A stretch of DNA of 63,659 nt, filler included, from Octopus bimaculoides (GCF_001194135.2; 8 parts of 6 records of this genome joined end to end with filler, not necessarily neighbours in it), one strand, 5' to 3'. Counted from the whole stretch's first letter, positions 37,116 through 50,722 are shown. A program made the numbers and translations. The notes: generated by a model from the sequence alone, not told the origin.

Positions 37116-37709
37116 AACGACCACCATGCTGCTGATTAGGTCTTTTCTCTTGAATAGCCGTCTGGAGCCGTTCCATCTGTTGAACACAGTGTTCCGCGTT
37201 CACCGTTTGGTTCCGTTCAAGCAATTTGTAATGGATAATCCTGTCTCATTCCTACCATACGCACAACATCGTTTTACGCGATTGAAGATCATGTTTCACG
37301 CGCAGTGTCGCTTGTTGACCGGGGCTAAGCTATCCCTCACGTTGCTTCATATTGATGTACACGCACCATTTTCCGTCGCCAATAACGATTCGGTAAAGAA
37401 GTCGTTTCTTGTGTCCATGAGGTGAGCGGTGACGAGCAAGTAAACCAGAGGAGATTGTGGCTCGTCAATTTTTGTTGTTACTTAAAGCATGCGAAACCCA
37501 TGCTCCATACTTCAGAACCTTTCCCTTCAGAACATTCCATTTTCTCTGCCGGTTCCCTTGTTCTTTGACGATGATTTTCGTGCAGACGTTGGTTTAATCG
37601 CTCTTCATCAAATTCAACTGGACGGTCAGAACTAGGTAAGTCTTTGAGGTCAAAATTTCTATTTTTGAATTTGGCATACCAATCACGAGCGGTTCATTCA
37701 GCTATGGCT
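37116..37709 (-). mobile_element. Mariner transposase remnant
   Basis: Minus frames give WYAKFKNRNFDLKD..SDRPVEFD (HTH linker), RIVIGDGKWCVYIN (first catalytic Asp, TGDEKW-type) and KTMLCVW..IIHYKLL..NQTVNAE. Confidence 0.88.
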
Positions 37710-37809
37710 NNNNNNNNNNNNNNNNNNNNNNNNNNNNNNNNNNNNNNNNNNNNTTAATTAATTAANNNNNNNNNNNNNNNNNNNNNNNNNNNNNNNNNNN
37801 NNNNNNNNN
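37710..37809. other. Artificial scaffold-join spacer
   Basis: 44N-TTAATTAATTAA-44N. Confidence 0.97.
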
Positions 37810-37958
37810 ACCACCACCACCACCACCACCATCACTACTTGGCTATGATCTGTAACAGACATGTCATAATGTTTGGATGTTTTTGTGAGGAAAGATAAAT
37901 AGAGCCATTCTGGATCGTATCATAACCTAAATTTAATACACTAGCCATGTAAATTATG

Positions 37959-37998
<40 letters not shown>

Positions 37999-38492
37999 CA
38001 TATACACATATATATAGATACATATGCATGCATGTGGCATTGCCAATATCTCTGTATTAGAGAGCGGCTTGCTGATAAATCAATCAATTTATTAAAACCT
38101 AGGGAATAGCGGAACAATCATCATCACCATTATCATCATCATCATCGTTATTATTATTATTATTATTATTATTGTTATTATCATTATTATTACTACGATT
38201 ATAAACACGGCCAATTTTGTTAACATGGTAACCGTACAATTAATTTATCGATCCCAATCAAGATATTTTACCTTAATTGTTATGGAGATGAGGAGATGAT
38301 TATAGCAATTAACCTACATAGGAGGCCATGCATACCAAAAGGAAACATTAAGCACCGTAAACAAAAGAATGAAGGCCAAACATTTTGCATTTGGTCATGG
38401 ATATTCCTCTTCTCCTAATTATTATTATTAATAGTAATATTATCATTATGTATGTTGTTGTTGTTGTTATTGTTGCCATCATTACCCCCCCC

Positions 38493-38573
38493 NNNNNNNN
38501 NNCATCATCGTCGTCATCATCATCATCATCATCGTCGTCGTCATCATCATCATCATCATCATCATCGTCGTCG

Positions 38574-38646
<73 letters not shown>

Positions 38647-38648
38647 TC
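38493..38648. repeat. (CAT)n with (CGT) interruptions
   Basis: Direct reading. Confidence 0.97.
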
Positions 38649-38669
38649 TTAGGGCAATGGAATGTGAAA

Positions 38670-38897
38670 GAAATGGTAGTCCAGAAATGGACCAAATGCC
38701 TTAAGGCATCTGGTCTGGTACTTTTGCATCCTGGGTTCAAATGCTGCTGAGGTCAATTTTGCCTATTACCCCTCCAGGGCCAATGAAATATGCTACCGGC
38801 CAGCTATTAGAGTTAACATAATTGACTAAACCCCCCCCCCCTTGCACCACCACCACCACTGCTTGCAAATTTCAGGCTTTGTGCCTATATTAGAAAC
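38670..38897 (+). mobile_element. Old SINE family A copy
   Basis: GGGTTCAAATGCTGCTGAGGTCAATTTTGCCT..AAATTTCAGGCTTTGTGCCTATATTAGAAA. Confidence 0.65.
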
Positions 38898-39647
38898 TTT
38901 TCCTCCTCCTCATCACCACCACCACCACTACTACTATGATTATCATTTTTATGCCCCCTCTTTCTCTTTCATGTGTTTCCATGGGTCGGGTGGAGTTCAT
39001 TGAAATAGGATTTCCTTTCTGTCACTAAACCTCACCTTTTTTTTTTTTACCAAGCAAGGTAATATTTCCCCAAGGCCAGACATGTTTTTGCAGAATATTG
39101 GGAATGAATGACACTACTCATGTAACATTGAGACTGTGACATTAATCTACAACTACCACATGGTGTCAACACAAGGATAAACAAAAGAAACCAACAAACA
39201 AAGATAGAGAGATAGATAGATAGACAACTATACACACACACACACTCACACATTTCTTTGCGTCAGCTTTATTATTATTTTTATTTTAGTGTCCTTTGTC
39301 TGGAAATCTTTTTTTGTCACACACCTGTGACCTCTTCAGTGACTCTCCATCCCACAATATAACAATTAACAATATCTGTTTTAACACATGATTTCACATC
39401 AGGAATCTTTCAAAACAAACACACACATACACACAACACACCCCAGCACATATACATATAACACACTGTTCTAAGATGGTATGATCAACAAAAAAAAAAA
39501 GTACTCCATCTGGTGAGGGATAAATATTATTTTATAGACACAATACATGTTTTTATATATTACTAATAGTTTCATATGCTGAGAAATACCTCAAACATAT
39601 TCATCAGGTACAAACCACATATCATAACAAACTAAATATATATATCA

Positions 39648-39912
39648 TCATCATCATCGTTTAACGTCTGCTTTCCATGCTAGCATGGGTTGGACGATCT
39701 GACTGAGGACTGGTGAACCGGATGACTGCATCAGGCTCCAATCTGATCTGGCAGAGCTTCTACAGCTGGATGCTGTATATAACAGGCTTCTTTCAATTTC
39801 TGTCTACCAAATCCACTTACAAGAATTTGGTTGGGATAGGGATACAATAGAAGGACTGAACTTAACACCATTTGTTTCAGAAACAATCTTCTTAACCACA
39901 CAGCCACACCTG
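39648..39912 (-). mobile_element. SINE family B head and CORE-like part (39780-39912) adjoining a (GAT)n-tailed retroposon 3' end (39648-39775)
   Basis: TTTC..TTTCTGTCTACCAAATCCACTTACAAG and CTTCTTAACCACACAGCCACACC match B; the adjoining part ends CATGGAAAGCAGACGTTAAAC(GAT)n on the minus strand. Confidence 0.65.
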
Positions 39913-40470
39913 TGTCTCTCTCTATATATATATACATATGTATGTGTGTGTGTGTGTGTGTATACACACATGCATTTTATGGAAGTGGATCCATAAAAGA
40001 TTGAAGCGTATCAAAGTGAAGCCTGCACCTGTTATTGGTTTGACAGAATGATGCTAATCAGACAGCTAAGTAATCCATTATCATAGCACGAAATGCATTG
40101 ATGAGTGGAAGTTCACTTTTGTTTGGTAACCTGCAACTCCATTAGTATTCAAAGACGAACGGACCCTTAAGTATGGTGTAAAAACATAAAAAATAAATGA
40201 ATGGATTATTTGGTGCTGCTATAATTATTTTGTTAAGAGTCTTTATTGCGATGTGAACATGGTACAGTCAGTTGCGCAATATGTACAACATCCATATGAT
40301 TATGTAAAATGTTATGCAGCTCTCAACTCATCAGGCTTACCAAATATACAAGTGAGCAGTGATACGTAGTCTAATTACTAGTAATTAGAACTATGGATTG
40401 CCTATGCTCTTCCACAGAAAGGAACACAGAAAGAAACAAGGAGAGAAAAAAAAGGACACACACACACACA

Positions 40471-41338
40471 CAGGGTGTGATGGGTAAATTGTTGCCATTT
40501 TATATTTTTAATTTCATGCATGCACATTGTTTTTGAATATGTTGACCACACAGTATAGTAGGGACAGTTAGGCACCGTCTGTGAGAAAAACAGTACCACA
40601 ACACAATTCATTCTGCCAAAACTTTGGAAACGACATGCTGTACTGCTTGGCATTTGTGCCAGAAGCTCCAATACGAATATTTCAGAGTGTTTGGGTGTCA
40701 ATCTGAGGACATGTACCGAGAGTGATAAAAATCAAACATCCAGTCAACATGATGGTGTTTGGAGTGATCACTAGTAATGGTGACATTATACCTCCATTCA
40801 CCTTCCTACATGGCCTCAGACTCAACACAGAGACTTACATCAAGTGCCTGGAGGAAGTAGAGCTGCTGTGGGTCAAGAGGGTGGCTGCTGGAAGACCCTA
40901 TGTCTGGCAACAGGACTCTGCACCATGCCACACAATCAGGAGAACCCAGTCATGGCTGTCAGACAGTTTCTGCGACCACATCATCCTAGTATCTGGCCAC
41001 CTAACTTGCCAGACTACAACCCCCTTGATTATTATATGTGGGGTACAGTTGAGCGAGAGACCAACAAAACACTTTGTAACACCAAAGATGAACTGAAGGC
41101 AAGGATTATGGCAGCATTCACCAACTTAAACAAGGAGACCGTCCAGAAGGGTTGCAGGAGATTCCGAAGTCGTCTGGAGGCCAAGGTTGAAGCCAATGGT
41201 GATTTAATTGAATAAATTTAGTCTTTAGTATTTCAAGATATTTTAATGTAATTTTGGTAAATATATCTATTAAAACGAGATGTCAGTGTTATTTTCAATT
41301 TTGCGTAATTTAGACGACAGTTTATTCACTGCATCCTG
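40471..41338 (+). mobile_element. Internally deleted Tc1/mariner element of the maT (DD37D) type
   Basis: QQDSAPCH...WPPNLPDYNPLDYYMWG gives 37 residues between the 2nd and 3rd Asp after correcting a 1-nt deletion near 40983; stop at 41213-41215. Degenerate 26-bp TIRs 40471-40496 and 41313-41338 (17/26, all mismatches are transitions); TA at 41339-41340. Confidence 0.88.
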
Positions 41339-42479
41339 TATATATAAAACAATGGGAGCTAGCACAGTAATGTGTGCTAAGCATGTGATAACAAAATGAA
41401 GAGGTCTCTACGTAGCTGGAAATAGAGGTCTCTAGTCTGCTGGAAATAGCAGCTGAAACTACCTCCTCAAATCTCTCAAATAACACCTTTCTGTCATGAA
41501 AAATTCAATAAGGAAGGCCACATAGGATAATTTAATTTTAGCAGTACCCTCCTCCATCACCCCAAAATGAACAAACAAACAGGAAGGTCTTAATTGGAAA
41601 GCCTTTTATCATCGGTCTGCTCTATTCAGGGCTGACTTGGGAGTCTAAATAACAACAACAACAACAAGAACAACATCAAAATACATCAATCGAAGCTTGG
41701 TGAGGGATACAGATGTGGTATAAAACGGCACAATGCAGCGAACACACTCTCCTCACACAGTAACAAAAGCTGTAAACATTTACACAGTTTTATAAGGAGA
41801 TGAAAGGAACACACGGTGTAGGGAGTTTAGAATAAATATAACAAATAAAAAAACAACAACAACAACAAAAATGATAATAATGACAATCATGAAAATGATG
41901 ATGATGATAAAAATGGTGATGATGGTGATGATGATGATGACGATGGTAGTTATAATAGTGGAGGTGATGGTGATGATGATGATGAAGGTGATGATTGTGG
42001 TGGTGGAGGTGATGTGATGATGATGATGATGATGATAGTGAAAATGGTGATGATGACAATGATAATAAAAATAACAATGATAATGCTGATAAGTAAGATG
42101 ATAATATTATTATTATTATTATTATTAATAATAATAATGAATAATAATAACAACAACACAACAAATTGAAAAAGGGGAATAGACTATGTAGAGGGGGAAA
42201 TATTGATTTCTGGTTCTATTTTATAGAGGATCAACATAATTGGTGATTGAATCAATCCGACTATGTTATAGGTGTTTACATGTCGACATAGAGAGAAGTG
42301 GAGGGGTTAAGATGACCCTGATAGGGATTGAACTCAGAACCAAGATGGCTGAAACTAAATACTGTAATGTAATATAATGTTGTGTAATGATGCATTTAGT
42401 TCGGGAAATCTATGGTCTCTGGCCAGCTTTGATGTTCTAGGTATGTTAATGATATGAAAACATAATATAAGAGTGAAAT

Positions 42480-42538
42480 GGAGATAGATAGGTAGATAGA
42501 TAGGTAGATAGATAGATAGATAGATAGATAGAGAAAAG

Positions 42539-42586
<48 letters not shown>

Positions 42587-42643
42587 AAGAGAGAGGAGAA
42601 AGAGAGAAAGAGAGGGAAAGATATATATATATATGTGTTGTTA

Positions 42644-42675
<32 letters not shown>

Positions 42676-42709
42676 CTTAAGTACATATACAAAGGGACAG
42701 ACAGACAGA

Positions 42710-42749
<40 letters not shown>

Positions 42750-42770
42750 TAGATAGATAGACAGACAGAC

Positions 42771-42841
<71 letters not shown>

Positions 42842-43030
42842 TAGATAGATAGATAGATAGATAGATACATACATACATAGACAGACTGACAGATAGAGAG
42901 ATAGATAGATAGATGCATAGATAAATAGACAGACAGACACAGATAGATAGATAGATAGATAGACACAGATAGATAGATAGATAGATTTATAGACACAAAT
43001 AGATAGATAGATAGATAGATAGATATACAG
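42480..43030. repeat. Compound (GATA)/(GACA)/(GA)/(TA) microsatellite
   Basis: Direct reading. Confidence 0.97.
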
Positions 43031-43108
43031 TTAGATATATAGATATAAATATATATACATAATATACACATATGTAGATATTCGCACATATATACATACC
43101 TATACATA

Positions 43109-43296
43109 CAAGGGAGTGCTGGAAAATTCCTGACTTTAAAGATATCATGAAAGGCCTAACGTTCTGAGTTCTTTTGCAGAGTTTAGAAAAACTGAAGGAT
43201 TGCTGCAAGAGGAATATGTTGAATAAAATCATAATTAACTGATCTTCCTGTATTTTCTCTTATTCAAGCCCAGGAACTTTTAAGCACCCCCCCCCC
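43109..43296 (+). mobile_element. Mariner-derived MITE of about 190 bp
   Basis: TIR pair GGGAGTGCTGGAAAATTCCTGACTT / AAGCCCAGGAACTTTTAAGCACCCCC, TA at both ends; retains the transposase terminus GAGGAATATGTTGAATAA (..EYVE*). Confidence 0.75.
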
Positions 43297-43574
43297 TACT
43301 TATTTATACAAACATACACACAGATACAACCAAACTAATACATAAATGCGTATATATACAGACATGGTCATCTCAAAGATTAGGAATGCATCAGCATTTT
43401 TATGAAATTGTGCTAAGTGACTATGGAAGTTACTATCTGCAAAAAAACTACATGTGTGTACTCTTTGTGTATTGAGTACTCTTTCCTTTATTTATTTGCA
43501 CACATATTCATATGTGCATTTATGTGTGTGAGAGAGAGAGAGAGAGAAAGAGAGACAGATAGAAAGAAAGAGAG

Positions 43575-43657
<83 letters not shown>

Positions 43658-43757
43658 NNNNNNNNNNNNNNNNNNNNNNNNNNNNNNNNNNNNNNNNNNN
43701 NTTAATTAATTAANNNNNNNNNNNNNNNNNNNNNNNNNNNNNNNNNNNNNNNNNNNN
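43658..43757. other. Artificial scaffold-join spacer
   Basis: 44N-TTAATTAATTAA-44N. Confidence 0.97.
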
Positions 43758-44890
43758 CCAAAAATTTCAGGCCTTGTGCCTATAGTAGAAAGAATTATTA
43801 TTATTTTGTACAATACTCTGATAATTCTACCAATCAACTACCCTTTAGTTCTGGTTCTTTATGTGCTGAGCTCAAATCTTGTCATGGTCAACTTTGCCTT
43901 TCATCCTGCAAAGTTTGATGAAATAAAGTACTAGTCAACTAGTGGATCAATGGCATTAACTAACANNNNNNNNNNGATGAAATAAAGTACTAGTCAACTA
44001 GTGGATCAATGGCATTAACTAACATGGTTCACTCAAAATTGCTGAACTTGTGCTTAAATTAGAAACCAAAGATGGTAAACTGACAGAATCATTAGAACAT
44101 TAGGAAAGATACTTTGTGATATTTGTTCCAACTCTTTATGTTTTAAATTCTAATCCCACTATGGTCATCTTTGCCTCTCAGCTTTTCTGGAGTCAAAATA
44201 TAATACTTGTCAATTACTGAGGTCAATAATATTTAATAACCACCTCTCTTCAAAATTGCTGGACTTGTGCCTAAATCAGAATTTATTATCATTATTAAGA
44301 ATGTGAGCTGTAGAACTTTTAGTGCATTGGACAAAATGCTTAATAGATTTTCTTCTAGCTCTTTATGTTTTGAGTTCAAACCCCATTGACATTAGCTTTG
44401 CCTTCCATCCTTTTGAAGTCAATAAAATATTGCACCTGCCAAGGACTGCAGCTGATGTAATCAATTTACCCTTCATATTTTGGTACAGGACCTTAATTGC
44501 TGGTCCTGTACTAAAATATGAAACCTATTGTTATTATTAAGGCTACAAGCTGGCAAAATCATTAGCATGCCAGACAAAATGCTTAGCAGCATTTTGTTTG
44601 TCTTTACATTCNNNNNNNNNNAATGCTTAGCAGCATTTTGTTTGTCTTTACATTCTGTGTTCAAATTCTGCCCAAGTTAACTTTGCATTTCATCATTTTG
44701 GGGTTGAGCACTGGAGTCAATGTAATCAACTAGCCCCCCACCTCTAAAATTGCTGGTATTGTGCCAAAATTTGAAACCATTATTTATGTTCTGAGTTCAA
44801 ATTCCACCAAGGTCAATATAATCAACTATCTCTTCCCATCAAATTTCAGGCCTTGTGCCTATAGTGGAAAAAATTATTATTATTATTATT
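43758..44890 (+). mobile_element. Tandem array of old SINE family A copies (at least five pieces)
   Basis: Repeated GAGTTCAAA..CAACTTTGCCTTTCATCC and AAATT(TCAG/GCTG)G..TTGTGCC tails, separated by short (TTA)n. Confidence 0.8.
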
Positions 44891-45554
44891 TTATGTTTGA
44901 CTTTTGTTTTGCATTTGTANNNNNNNNNNNNNNNNNNNNNNNNNNNNNNNNNNNNNNNNNNNNNNNNNNNNNNNNNNNNNNNNNNNNNNNNNNNNNNNNN
45001 NNNNNNNNNNNNNNNNNNNNNNNNNNNNNNNNNNNNNNNNNNNNNNNNNNNNNNNNNNNNNNNNNNNNNNNNNNNNNNNNNNNNNNNNNNNNNNNNNNNN
45101 NNNNNNNNNNNNNNNNNNNNNNNNNNNNNNNNNNNNNNNNNNNNNNNNNNNNNNNNNNNNNNNNNNNNNNNNNNNNNNNNNNNNNNNNNNNNNNNNNNNN
45201 NNNNNNNNNNNNNNNNNNNNNNNNNNNNNNNNNNNNNNNNNNNNNNNNNNNNNNNNNNNNNNNNNNNNNNNNNNNNNNNNNNNNNNNNNNNNNNNNNNNN
45301 NNNNNNNNNNNNNNNNNNNNNNNNNNNNNNNNNNNNNNNNNNNNNNNNNNNNNNNNNNNNNNNNNNNNNNNNNNNNNNNNNNNNNNNNNNNNNNNNNNNN
45401 NNNNNNNNNNNNNNNNNNNNNNNNNNNNNNNNNNNNNNNNNNNNNNNNNNNNNNNNNNNNNNNNNNNNNNNNNNNNNNNNNNNNNNNNNNNNNNNNNNNN
45501 NNNNNNNNNNNNNNCCAGTTTTTATCATGGGGCAAGTCCAGGTTTTTGCATATT

Positions 45555-45760
45555 ATTATTATTAAGGCAGTGAGCTGATAGAATTGTTACTGTGCTGAAC
45601 ATCTCTTCTGACACTACATTCTGAGTTCAAATGCCACCAGTGTTGACTTTGCCTTTCATCTTTTTGAGATTGATAAAATAAATACCAATTGAGCACTGGG
45701 ATCGATGTAATCTACTAGCCCACTTCTCCAAAGTTTCAGGCCTTGAAAGGATTATTATTA
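45555..45760 (+). mobile_element. SINE family A
   Basis: (TTA)n-AAGGCAGTGAGCTG..GAGTTCAAAT..GACTTTGCCTTTCATC..AAAGGATTATTATTA. Confidence 0.8.
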
Positions 45761-46834
45761 TTAGCAGCTGCAGGACTAGGTATGTGGGTGGTAAAGTATC
45801 AGACAAGATGTCATATTTAATTATATCCCTCTCCAGAATTTATCCATCTGGTGTTGATAAAATACATTATCAGNNNNNNNNNNNNNNNNNNNNNNNNNNN
45901 NNNNNNNNNNNNNNNNNNNNNNNNNNNNNNNNNNNNNNNNNNNNNNNNNNNNNNNNNNNNNNNNNNNNNNNNNNNNNNNNNNNNNNNNNNNNNNNNNNNN
46001 NNNNNNNNNNNNNNNNNNNNNNNNNNNNNNNNNNNNNNNNNNNNNNNNNNNNNNNNNNNNNNNNNNNNNNNNNNNNNNNNNNNNNNNNNNNNNNNNNNNN
46101 NNNNNNNNNNNNNNNNNNNNNNNNNNNNNNNNNNNNNNNNNNNNNNNNNNNNNNNNNNNNNNNNNNNNNNNNNNNNNNNNNNNNNNNNNNNNNNNNNNNN
46201 NNNNNNNNNNNNNNNNNNNTCTCCAGTCAAGTGACCTCTGTAAAGAGTCACTGCAGTTGCCCTTCCACTTCTCATCAACTCCAACCACTAACATCTATGA
46301 CTAACCTTCGCCTGCCTTGTTTCAGCCTTTATGCTGATGTTAAAAACCATTATTGCAATTGTCTCCAGTGTTGATGTTCCTTTGGGTTATCTCAGTCATG
46401 ACTCATCTCCTTTGCAAAACTTAGAGATGCAGTAAGCTAGCTGGTAATAAAATAATATAATACCACAACACAATACTTAATGCCTTATGATATTATATTC
46501 TATGATGAAGCCNNNNNNNNNNCACAACACAATACTTAATGCCTTATGATATTATATTCTATGATGAAGCCGTAAATTGTCTACTTTTTATTCATCTTTT
46601 CAGGAGTTGATTAGAATTGAGACTATTTTAATCCTTTCTATCTTGTCCCTGCACATGTGTGGCCTTGAGCCCATGTAAATCATTATTTCTGAAAAGTAGT
46701 ACCTTGTATTCATTTAAATTCTGACCTGAAATCCTACTAACAACTTTGCCTTTTAATCCTTGATAAAGCAAGTACTACAATTGGTCCCCATCTCTTCAAG
46801 AATTTGTGTTAGGAAACAAATCAGTAATTATTAT

Positions 46835-47050
46835 CATTATTAAGGTGGTAAGCTGCCAGAATTATTAGTGCATCAGAATAAATGCTTTGCAATATTTCTT
46901 TCAATTACTTATATTCTGTGTTCAAATANNNNNNNNNNNNNNNNNNNNNNNNNNNNNNNNNNNNNNNNNNNNNNNNNNNNNNNNNNNNNNNNNNNNNNNN
47001 NCATTAACTTTCCCTCTCTTTTGGCCTTGTGCCAAAATTAGAATTATTAT
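46835..47050 (+). mobile_element. SINE family A, spanning a gap
   Basis: TTATTAAGGTGGTAAGCTG..GTGTTCAAAT-gap-GGCCTTGTGCCAAAATTAGAATTATT. Confidence 0.7.
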
Positions 47051-47374
47051 CATTATTGTTTCTTTATTCACAATGACTTCTAGTGCTGTGTCATCATCCA
47101 CAGTATTAATTAGACCCTAATTAAGCTGTCCACACGCCACAAAACAATCTTTATTTAAACAGAAATCATCATTTTAATGTCCAATTTTTTATACTCACAT
47201 GGGTCAGGCAGATTTTCTATGGTCAGATGTCCTTCTTGTCACCAGCCCAACCTGTTTCCAAGTAAGGTAATAGTTCTTTTTGATTGGACATGTTTTCCAT
47301 GAAAACCTGGAAACAAAAGACACCACCTACATGTGACAAAGGCACATACAGTGACAAAGGCACATACACCCAAT

Positions 47375-47570
47375 GGGTTTCTTTCAGTTTCTGTCTACCA
47401 GCACTACTCACAATAATAGAAGACACTTGCCGAAGACGCTATGCAATGGGACTGAACCTGAAACTACATAGCTGGAAAACNNNNNNNNNNGAAGACGCTA
47501 TGCAATGGGACTGAACCTGAAACTACATAGCTGGAAAACTAATTTCTTAACTACACAGCCATGCCTGCAC
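47375..47570 (-). mobile_element. SINE family B head and CORE-like part
   Basis: TTTCTTTCAGTTTCTGTCTACC..ATAGAAGACACTTGCCGAAG..GGACTGAACC..ACACAGCCATGCC. Confidence 0.75.
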
Positions 47571-48571
47571 CTCTCTTACAACAAAACTAATTACTGACAA
47601 TAAACACACAATTTTTTGGAATAATATAATTCTTTATTTCTCTTTTTTATTTTTTGTGGGAAAGGGTAGGGGATCTAATCTTACCTTCTGTAGAAATTTG
47701 TTTTCTTCACAGAGAAAACATGAGTTTGTCATCTGCTATCATTGTGTGTGTGCATGTGTATTTATACATGCATACACACAAGTTTGTATGTATATTACAN
47801 NNNNNNNNNTGCATGTGTATTTATACATGCATACACACAAGTTTGTATGTATATTACACCTATTTATATTTATGCATGTGTATGTGTATATAATACATAG
47901 TTGCTGTGTAACTAGTCACACATGTGTATGAAATCATACTTACACAGACATACATTAAAAGTTTTATTTGCAATTGGATTTTCTTTTGTAATATTTCCAA
48001 GCAAAAATTGTATTTTTTAAGAAATATAATTGTGAAATTAAATTATATTATTGTATTGAACCAACACTGTCTCTGCGTTTTATATGTGCCATACTTGTAT
48101 TCTGTCTTTTATCCTCTAACTCTCTCTCTTCTATTCACCCTCTCAGTCATATTTGTTACCAATAAATGGAGAAAGTAGTAGGACTATTTAGCATGTGAGG
48201 GATAAGGCAACCCTTCTAGTACTGATGCAATGATAAAATGCTCCCAGTAGACTGTAAAGTTGTTGGCATCTGGCCATAGAAACCCTGCCAAAATGGAGTG
48301 CACAAGTAAGATGTGGCTTCCCTGCGTCAGCTAGGAGATCAATAATTCCAAATAAAAATTGGTTCAGTCCATGACATCTCAGGTCAACTGATTTCCATTC
48401 TGGAACACTGAGTTCCTTTGCATTTTGTCATAAAAGAATTTTCCAAATAAGACTGCTGACATTTTATTGAAAACTTCCAGAGAAAACTGACTCTAAAATC
48501 TGGTTGCACTTGAAATCACATTACTGCATCTTGTGAGAAATTAATTTAAAAAGAAAAAGAAAGACCACCTT

Positions 48572-48671
48572 NNNNNNNNNNNNNNNNNNNNNNNNNNNNN
48601 NNNNNNNNNNNNNNNTTAATTAATTAANNNNNNNNNNNNNNNNNNNNNNNNNNNNNNNNNNNNNNNNNNNN
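48572..48671. other. Artificial scaffold-join spacer
   Basis: 44N-TTAATTAATTAA-44N. Confidence 0.97.
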
Positions 48672-48719
<48 letters not shown>

Positions 48720-48756
48720 ACAGAAACACACACACACGCGCGCACACACAAACATA

Positions 48757-48922
48757 TACGACGGGGTTTCTTTCAGTTTCCGCCCACCAAATCCACTCAC
48801 AAGGCTTTGGTCGGAACGAGGCTATAGTAGAAGACACTTGCTCAAGGTGCCACGCAGTGGGATTGAACTCGGAACCATGTGGCTGGTAACCAAGCTACTT
48901 ACCACACAGCCACTCCTGCGCC
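48757..48922 (-). mobile_element. SINE family B head and CORE-like part
   Basis: GGCTATAGTAGAAGACACTTGCTCAAGGTGCCACGCAGTGGGATTGAACTCGGAACCATGTGG..CTTACCACACAGCCACTCC. Confidence 0.85.
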
Positions 48923-49729
48923 TATGTATATATATATATGTAAAACATGTGTGTATGCGTGTGTGTGTGTATTACAAAGTGCAGTGTAAACGTGACACGT
49001 TACCAAAAGGTTTAGGCCGTGCAGATAGTTTCACACTTCACTCCTTTACGCGACACTAATTAATCAAAAAGTCTCCAGATGGACTAGTGTGTAGAATAAA
49101 AGCCACATATAGTAATAATCAACACAAAAAATATAATTGGTATTTTAGGGCTTAATGTAATAAACACGTGTTTAAGTAAGTGGATTGCTATTGTTACATA
49201 CACCGGTTGGCTATATTACACAATACCATCCACTTACTTCATCGGTGTTATCAGGAAAATTACCCACCAAAGAAATATGCACGCCTCATCATTCCTGCCT
49301 CGCATACAAGCACACTTGATTCCGCTATGTCAACTATCTGGGGCATGATTTGCATATTGGGGTATATGAAGGTATGCATATTTCCACACATTGTCATTTT
49401 AGTTGATACGTGCCGGGGAGGGGAGTGCATTGTATTACATAACATGGTCTGGCGGCTTATGTAATAAGGACAATTCATTTGCTGGAACACGTGCACGTTA
49501 TATAAAATATTAAATACCAATATCGCTTTCCATATTTTTATTAACGCACACACACACACACACACGCGTACACACACGGGTACACTCATGTATATATATA
49601 CACATGCGCATGTGTACTCACATACACATACGTATATATACTACCAACGCACCAGTGAATTGCTCGCAAGTAAGCATATCGTGGTGCCATATACTATACT
49701 TTAGCTAATTGAATATGAAAGTCGCACGG

Positions 49730-49858
49730 AGAAAGGGTGACACTGATTTTAGTTGCGTAGACTTGAGCCAAGTGAAATGAAAGGACACAACGCGTAGCAA
49801 TATCTTGGGATCGAACTCACACGACGTAGTGATCGCGAGACCAACACCTCTAAACGTC
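49730..49858 (-). mobile_element. tRNA-headed SINE fragment
   Basis: Minus strand GTGAGTTCGATCCC (B-box like) followed by GTTGTGTCCTT. Confidence 0.5.
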
Positions 49859-49999
49859 AGGAGATACACCTTCATGCACACAAGCGCACATACGAACACC
49901 ATACACACATATATGTATATAAAACACATGCGTACGCGCTCGCACGTACACACACATATACTTATGTATGTATATACATACATACATATACATATACAT

Positions 50000-50049
<50 letters not shown>

Positions 50050-50055
50050 GCATAT

Positions 50056-50137
<82 letters not shown>

Positions 50138-50210
50138 CAATATATATCTATATCTTTATCTATTTATATATGTGTGTGCACATATGGATTTATAAAGTGA
50201 CAGATACACC

Positions 50211-50241
<31 letters not shown>

Positions 50242-50534
50242 GTTCGCGCGCGCGCAGATACACAGACACACCCATTCAGACACACAAACACACAAACATG
50301 GCCACACACACTCACACGCACACACAACAAAACATACTAAAATAGAAACAATATGCATTTGAGTGCAGTTGTTTTTCTTTCTCTCGTAATATTTTATTAA
50401 GTTCACATTGTTTAGGTCAGCAGTTTGCACCAGTTAAGTCGTTCTTAGGAATTTCCTTTTGATAATTGAACGCAAAAGAACGATTACAGAGGATTAAAAG
50501 ACTATTAAATGACCGTTACAGCCTAATAAAAAAA

Positions 50535-50722
50535 ATAATAATGGTTTCAAATTTTGATGCAAGGCGAGCAATTTTGGAAGTGGGGTAAGTCGATGTAATT
50601 AACTCCAGTGCTTAACTGGTACTTATTTTATCGATCCGAAAGAATGAAAGGCAAAGTCGATCTCGGCGGAATTTGAACTCAGAACGTAAAGACTCACGAA
50701 ATGCCGTTAAACATTTCACCCG
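50535..50722 (-). mobile_element. SINE family A
   Basis: CTGGTACTTATTTTATCGATCCGAAAGAATGAAAGGCAAAGTCGA..GGCGGAATTTGAACTCAGAACG. Confidence 0.85.

Noticed and set aside
43917-47860. Exact direct repeats flanking 10-N gaps (43917/43976, 46463/46523, 47431/47491, 47751/47810; shorter at 44578/44622)
   Set aside because: Four are exactly 49 bp and all straddle a 10-N gap. These are unmerged contig overlaps from a k-mer assembler (k about 50-51), not tandem duplications.
49345-49385. Octamer ATTTGCAT with nearby ATGCATAT
   Set aside because: A single 8-mer is expected by chance; no snRNA-like gene or PSE was recognised nearby.
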